DNA of 64,000 bases from Acidimicrobiales bacterium. GTDB lineage: Bacteria > Actinomycetota > Acidimicrobiia > Acidimicrobiales > DASWIA01. Of this stretch, positions 62,029-64,000 are shown one piece after another. Location: NCBI GenBank assembly GCA_036397895.1, contig DASWIA010000056.1, positions 2,468 to 66,467 on the forward strand. Reading direction: 5' to 3'. The position numbers and the translations under genes were made by a program. Positions within the stretch are counted from its first letter, which is position 1, and each line of letters begins with the position of its first letter. The notes below the pieces were generated by a model that did no database searches, was not told the DNA's origin, and saw only the letters and a list, made by a program, of their open reading frames with translations.

Positions 62029-62118
62029 GTGGTCCCATCACTGGCGAAAGGGTGGTCCCATGCCACTGGCGGAACTCACCTCAAGGTGGTCCCATGCCAC
62101 TGGCGGGCGACAGCGGCA
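62029..62118. repeat. IS21 right terminal region with three copies of the repeat (inverted relative to the left end)
   Basis: GTGGTCCCATCACTGGCG (62029..62046), and GTGGTCCCATGCCACTGGCG at 62052..62071 and 62086..62105. Confidence 0.8.
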
Positions 62119-62263
62119 ACAGGCGGCCGGCAATCACCGTCAACGGGTGATCGCGGTGCACGATCCGGCTGGCTGGTTCAAGGTTGAGTGCATTCGCTCG
62201 CCCTTCAGGCTCGAACGCCACCTCGCCCGTCGACATGGAAAGCCGTTCGAAGAACCTCGACAT
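62119..62263 (-). pseudogene. 5' fragment of a gene apparently split by the IS21 element
   Basis: MSRFFERLSMSTGEVAFEPEGRANALNLEPASRIVHRDHPLTVIAGR runs into the IS end. The candidate 3' fragment is at 59241..59450. Confidence 0.3.
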
Positions 62264-62351
62264 CGACACAGCACATGACACGCGTCGAAGCTCCAACAAC
62301 ACCCGGGCGTCCTCCAGACGCGACGCGTCCGGTATCGACGGGAACGATTGG

Positions 62352-62861
62352 TCACCAGCCAAGGGTCCATGTCCTGCTCACGCCACCGCCGAAGGCGAAC
62401 GGTGCGGGGACGCGGTAACCGGGAGCCCAGCCGACCGTGGTCGGCCAGGTGCCGCTGCTGGAGTACGACGCTGAGGCACCGGCGCCGTAGAGGCCCTCAC
62501 CGGCAGATCCCCAAAGGTAACCGGAGGCGCCATCGAAATCGCAGCCCCGCTGCGTTTTGCTCACGCTCACGCCGAGAAGCCCGCTCACACCCCACGGCGC
62601 GCCGCCGCCACCACCTACCGAAGCAGTGAAGCCGGCCTCGCCGCTCGGCGTGGACATGTAGCAGAGGCTGCCCATGAGGTCGTAGCCGCCGAACAGGTTC
62701 CCGCCAGCGCAGAGACCGATCGAGTGTCCTGTCAGCCGGCTGGCTGCGTCGAGCACATGGCCCGCTGGCGATGGCCAGCGGTCGAGATCGATCACCGCGC
62801 CGTTGAACTCGAGGCGGACCCACTCGCCCGCCGTGTCGTCGATCTCAGAGATGAGCTTCAT
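62352..62861 (-). CDS. glycine/aromatic-rich hypothetical protein (169 aa)
   Basis: ATG at 62861 (MKLISEIDD...). The C-terminal half is Gly/Ser/Trp/Tyr-rich and ends RTWTLGW. No family recognised. Confidence 0.45.
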   Translation of the reverse strand: MKLISEIDDTAGEWVRLEFNGAVIDLDRWPSPAGHVLDAASRLTGHSIGLCAGGNLFGGYDLMGSLCYMSTPSGEAGFTASVGGGGGAPWGVSGLLGVSVSKTQRGCDFDGASGYLWGSAGEGLYGAGASASYSSSGTWPTTVGWAPGYRVPAPFAFGGGVSRTWTLGW

Positions 62862-62903
62862 GTCCACTGGATCGGGATCCCGGTGCCGGCAACTGAGCTG
62901 GCC

Positions 62904-62942
62904 CCCGAGCGGGACCGCCGGATCGAGGCGGTCCCGCTCGGG
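62904..62942 (-). promoter_or_regulatory. strong intergenic stem-loop (16-bp stem, 7-nt loop)
   Basis: On the plus strand this reads CCCGAGCGGGACCGCC-GGATCGA-GGCGGTCCCGCTCGGG. It lies between the 59-aa gene and the Gly-rich gene. No U tract. Confidence 0.5.
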
Positions 62943-62950
62943 TCTCGCTT

Positions 62951-63130
62951 TCACCACACGACGCCTGGGCCGGAAAGTGACTTCCGAATCTTTCGTTCCA
63001 CGCGGCGCATCTCCCGCCGGAGCCTCCGGCGTTCTTTGTCATCTGAAGCCATCTCCAGCTGTTGCCGGAGCGGCTCGAGTTCCTCTTGGATGCGCTCTTC
63101 GATGAACTCTGATGGGTCGTGAATACTCAC
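62951..63130 (-). CDS. 59-aa charged coiled-coil-like protein
   Basis: GTG start is preceded by GGAGG at 7 nt. Translation VSIHDPSEFIEERIQEELEPLRQQLEMASDDKERRRLRREMRRVERKIRKSLSGPGVVW. Confidence 0.4.
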   Translation of the reverse strand: MSIHDPSEFIEERIQEELEPLRQQLEMASDDKERRRLRREMRRVERKIRKSLSGPGVVW

Positions 63131-63285
63131 AGGTCGACCTCCACCCGCATCAACACCAGCCCGGAATTCGACGGAGCCACCCGTCGACCCAGTCGGACAC
63201 CTTGTACCCAGCCCAGATCCCGCCGGCCCGACGACACCCCACCCACCAGCCGCGCCGTCACCGACGTCAGTCGGTGGATCGAGGG

Positions 63286-63510
63286 TTAGGACGTGCTCGT
63301 CCCGCCAGGCCCCGACGCCTTGACTGGGTTGCGGTGGCGTTTCACGAGCCACAGCACGAGCCCGATGGGAGTAAATACGAATGTCAGGACTAGCACTGGC
63401 ACTGGGTCAACGCCGCGTCGTTGCATGTCCCGGTGGATGAGCAGACCTACCAAGAGGAGGATGACCAGGCTCAGGAGAATGGTGAGCGCGGTTACGAGCG
63501 ATGCAGACAC
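63286..63510 (-). CDS. small two-TM membrane protein (PLDc_N-like)
   Basis: 74 aa with two hydrophobic helices separated by HRDMQRRGVDP. Resembles the small cardiolipin-synthase-N-terminal-domain proteins common in actinobacteria. Confidence 0.5.
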   Translation of the reverse strand: MSASLVTALTILLSLVILLLVGLLIHRDMQRRGVDPVPVLVLTFVFTPIGLVLWLVKRHRNPVKASGPGGTSTS

Positions 63511-63523
63511 CTACGGCTCCTGA

Positions 63524-64000
63524 CTAGCAAAGGGCCGCGATCAGCCCAAAGAGGGGATCCGGCAATGGTTCATCGAACCAATCGCGGATGGGCTGCGTCG
63601 TCCATGTCCAGTTATAGGTCCAGCCCACGCCCCACCGGCCGAACCCGGGGCCGCCTCTTGATCCGGAGATGTCACCGCCGGTTCCTCGACAGAAGAAGAT
63701 GAAGCATGCCTGGCCACCCTTGGAGTACCCGGGGGACTCGGTCGTCGTCGGCCCGACCGTCATCCCGCCGCCAAGGCCGACCGCGACGGCCGCCGCTTTG
63801 GCGGTGAGCGTCTGGTCGAATCCAATGGTGACGGTCCGTTCGCCGCCCGTAGCGGTGCGCCGGTAGAGCCGCAGCTTGGACGACGGCCCGCTCCACGTTC
63901 CGACGATCGTGTAGCCAGCGGGAGTGGCGGGCGTCGTGTTGTTGGGATAGGTCGCACTGACGAGGATCTGGTCGCCGGCGCCCAAACCACACCACCGGGC
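63524..64000 (-). CDS. hypothetical protein, 5' end outside the window
   Basis: The reading frame stays open to the window edge. C-terminus is Gly/Trp-rich (GFGRWGVGWTYNWTW). No family recognised. Confidence 0.4.
   Translation of the reverse strand, partial: ARWCGLGAGDQILVSATYPNNTTPATPAGYTIVGTWSGPSSKLRLYRRTATGGERTVTIGFDQTLTAKAAAVAVGLGGGMTVGPTTTESPGYSKGGQACFIFFCRGTGGDISGSRGGPGFGRWGVGWTYNWTWTTQPIRDWFDEPLPDPLFGLIAALC

Larger units (their letters stand above)
59451..62118 (-). mobile_element. IS21-family insertion sequence (boundaries +/- about 10 nt)
   Basis: istA and istB with a 4-nt overlap. Terminal inverted repeats start TG...; multiple internal copies of GTGGTCCCATGCCACTGGCG lie at both ends. 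Confidence 0.85.

Noticed and set aside
60407-62278. 623-aa plus-strand ORF antisense to istA
   Set aside because: It is an antisense shadow of the IS21 transposase gene with an Arg/Gly/Pro/His-rich translation.
63131-63285. 44-codon minus-strand ORF (VTARLVGGVSSGRRDLGW...) ending in a GTGA overlap with the coiled-coil gene
   Set aside because: Its Arg/Gly/Val-rich composition does not look protein-like, its GC3 is not distinctive, and it has no RBS. Noted only as a possibility.

Overview
GC-rich actinobacterial-type chromosome segment. No taxon can be assigned without a search. About 85 percent of the window is densely packed, mostly minus-strand core genes. (1) 0-8.4 kb: a compatible-solute cluster (gpgS, glycerate kinase, otsA, otsB) plus envelope genes. 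(2) 8.4-13.1 kb: tRNA-Thr(UGU) followed by a decayed integrative element. It is bounded by a 54-nt direct repeat of the tRNA 3' half and carries a frameshifted, truncated tyrosine integrase, a 57-aa excisionase-like ORF, and a truncated GntR/amidase pair. (3) 13-23 kb: a signalling and cell-surface cluster with a LuxR-type response regulator, an EAL phosphodiesterase coupled to a degenerate kinase-like protein, and a sensor histidine kinase flanked by two paralogous secreted DUF11-like proteins. (4) 23-36 kb: a block with Bacillus-like gene order (Spo0H-type sigma, rlmB, ispDF, PIN/TRAM yacL-like, carD ... disA, radA, clpC). (5) 36-56 kb: mycobacterium-like order (lysS, coaX, nadCB, panDC, folK, folB, folP, folE, ftsH, hpt, tilS). 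(6) 56-64 kb: an ECF sigma with a ZAS anti-sigma, then an accessory tail with toxin-antitoxin-like pairs, an IS21-family element, and an uncharacterised operon. The best lead is a 50-53 codon ORF at 19830..19991 on the minus strand, below the ORF-track cutoff. It encodes a signal-peptide-bearing peptide with two cysteines, and sits between the sensor kinase and a large secreted protein with an ATGA start/stop overlap. The second lead is a Cys-to-His phosphatase-fold gene embedded between folP and folB. All family assignments come from reading the translations from memory; no searches were run.
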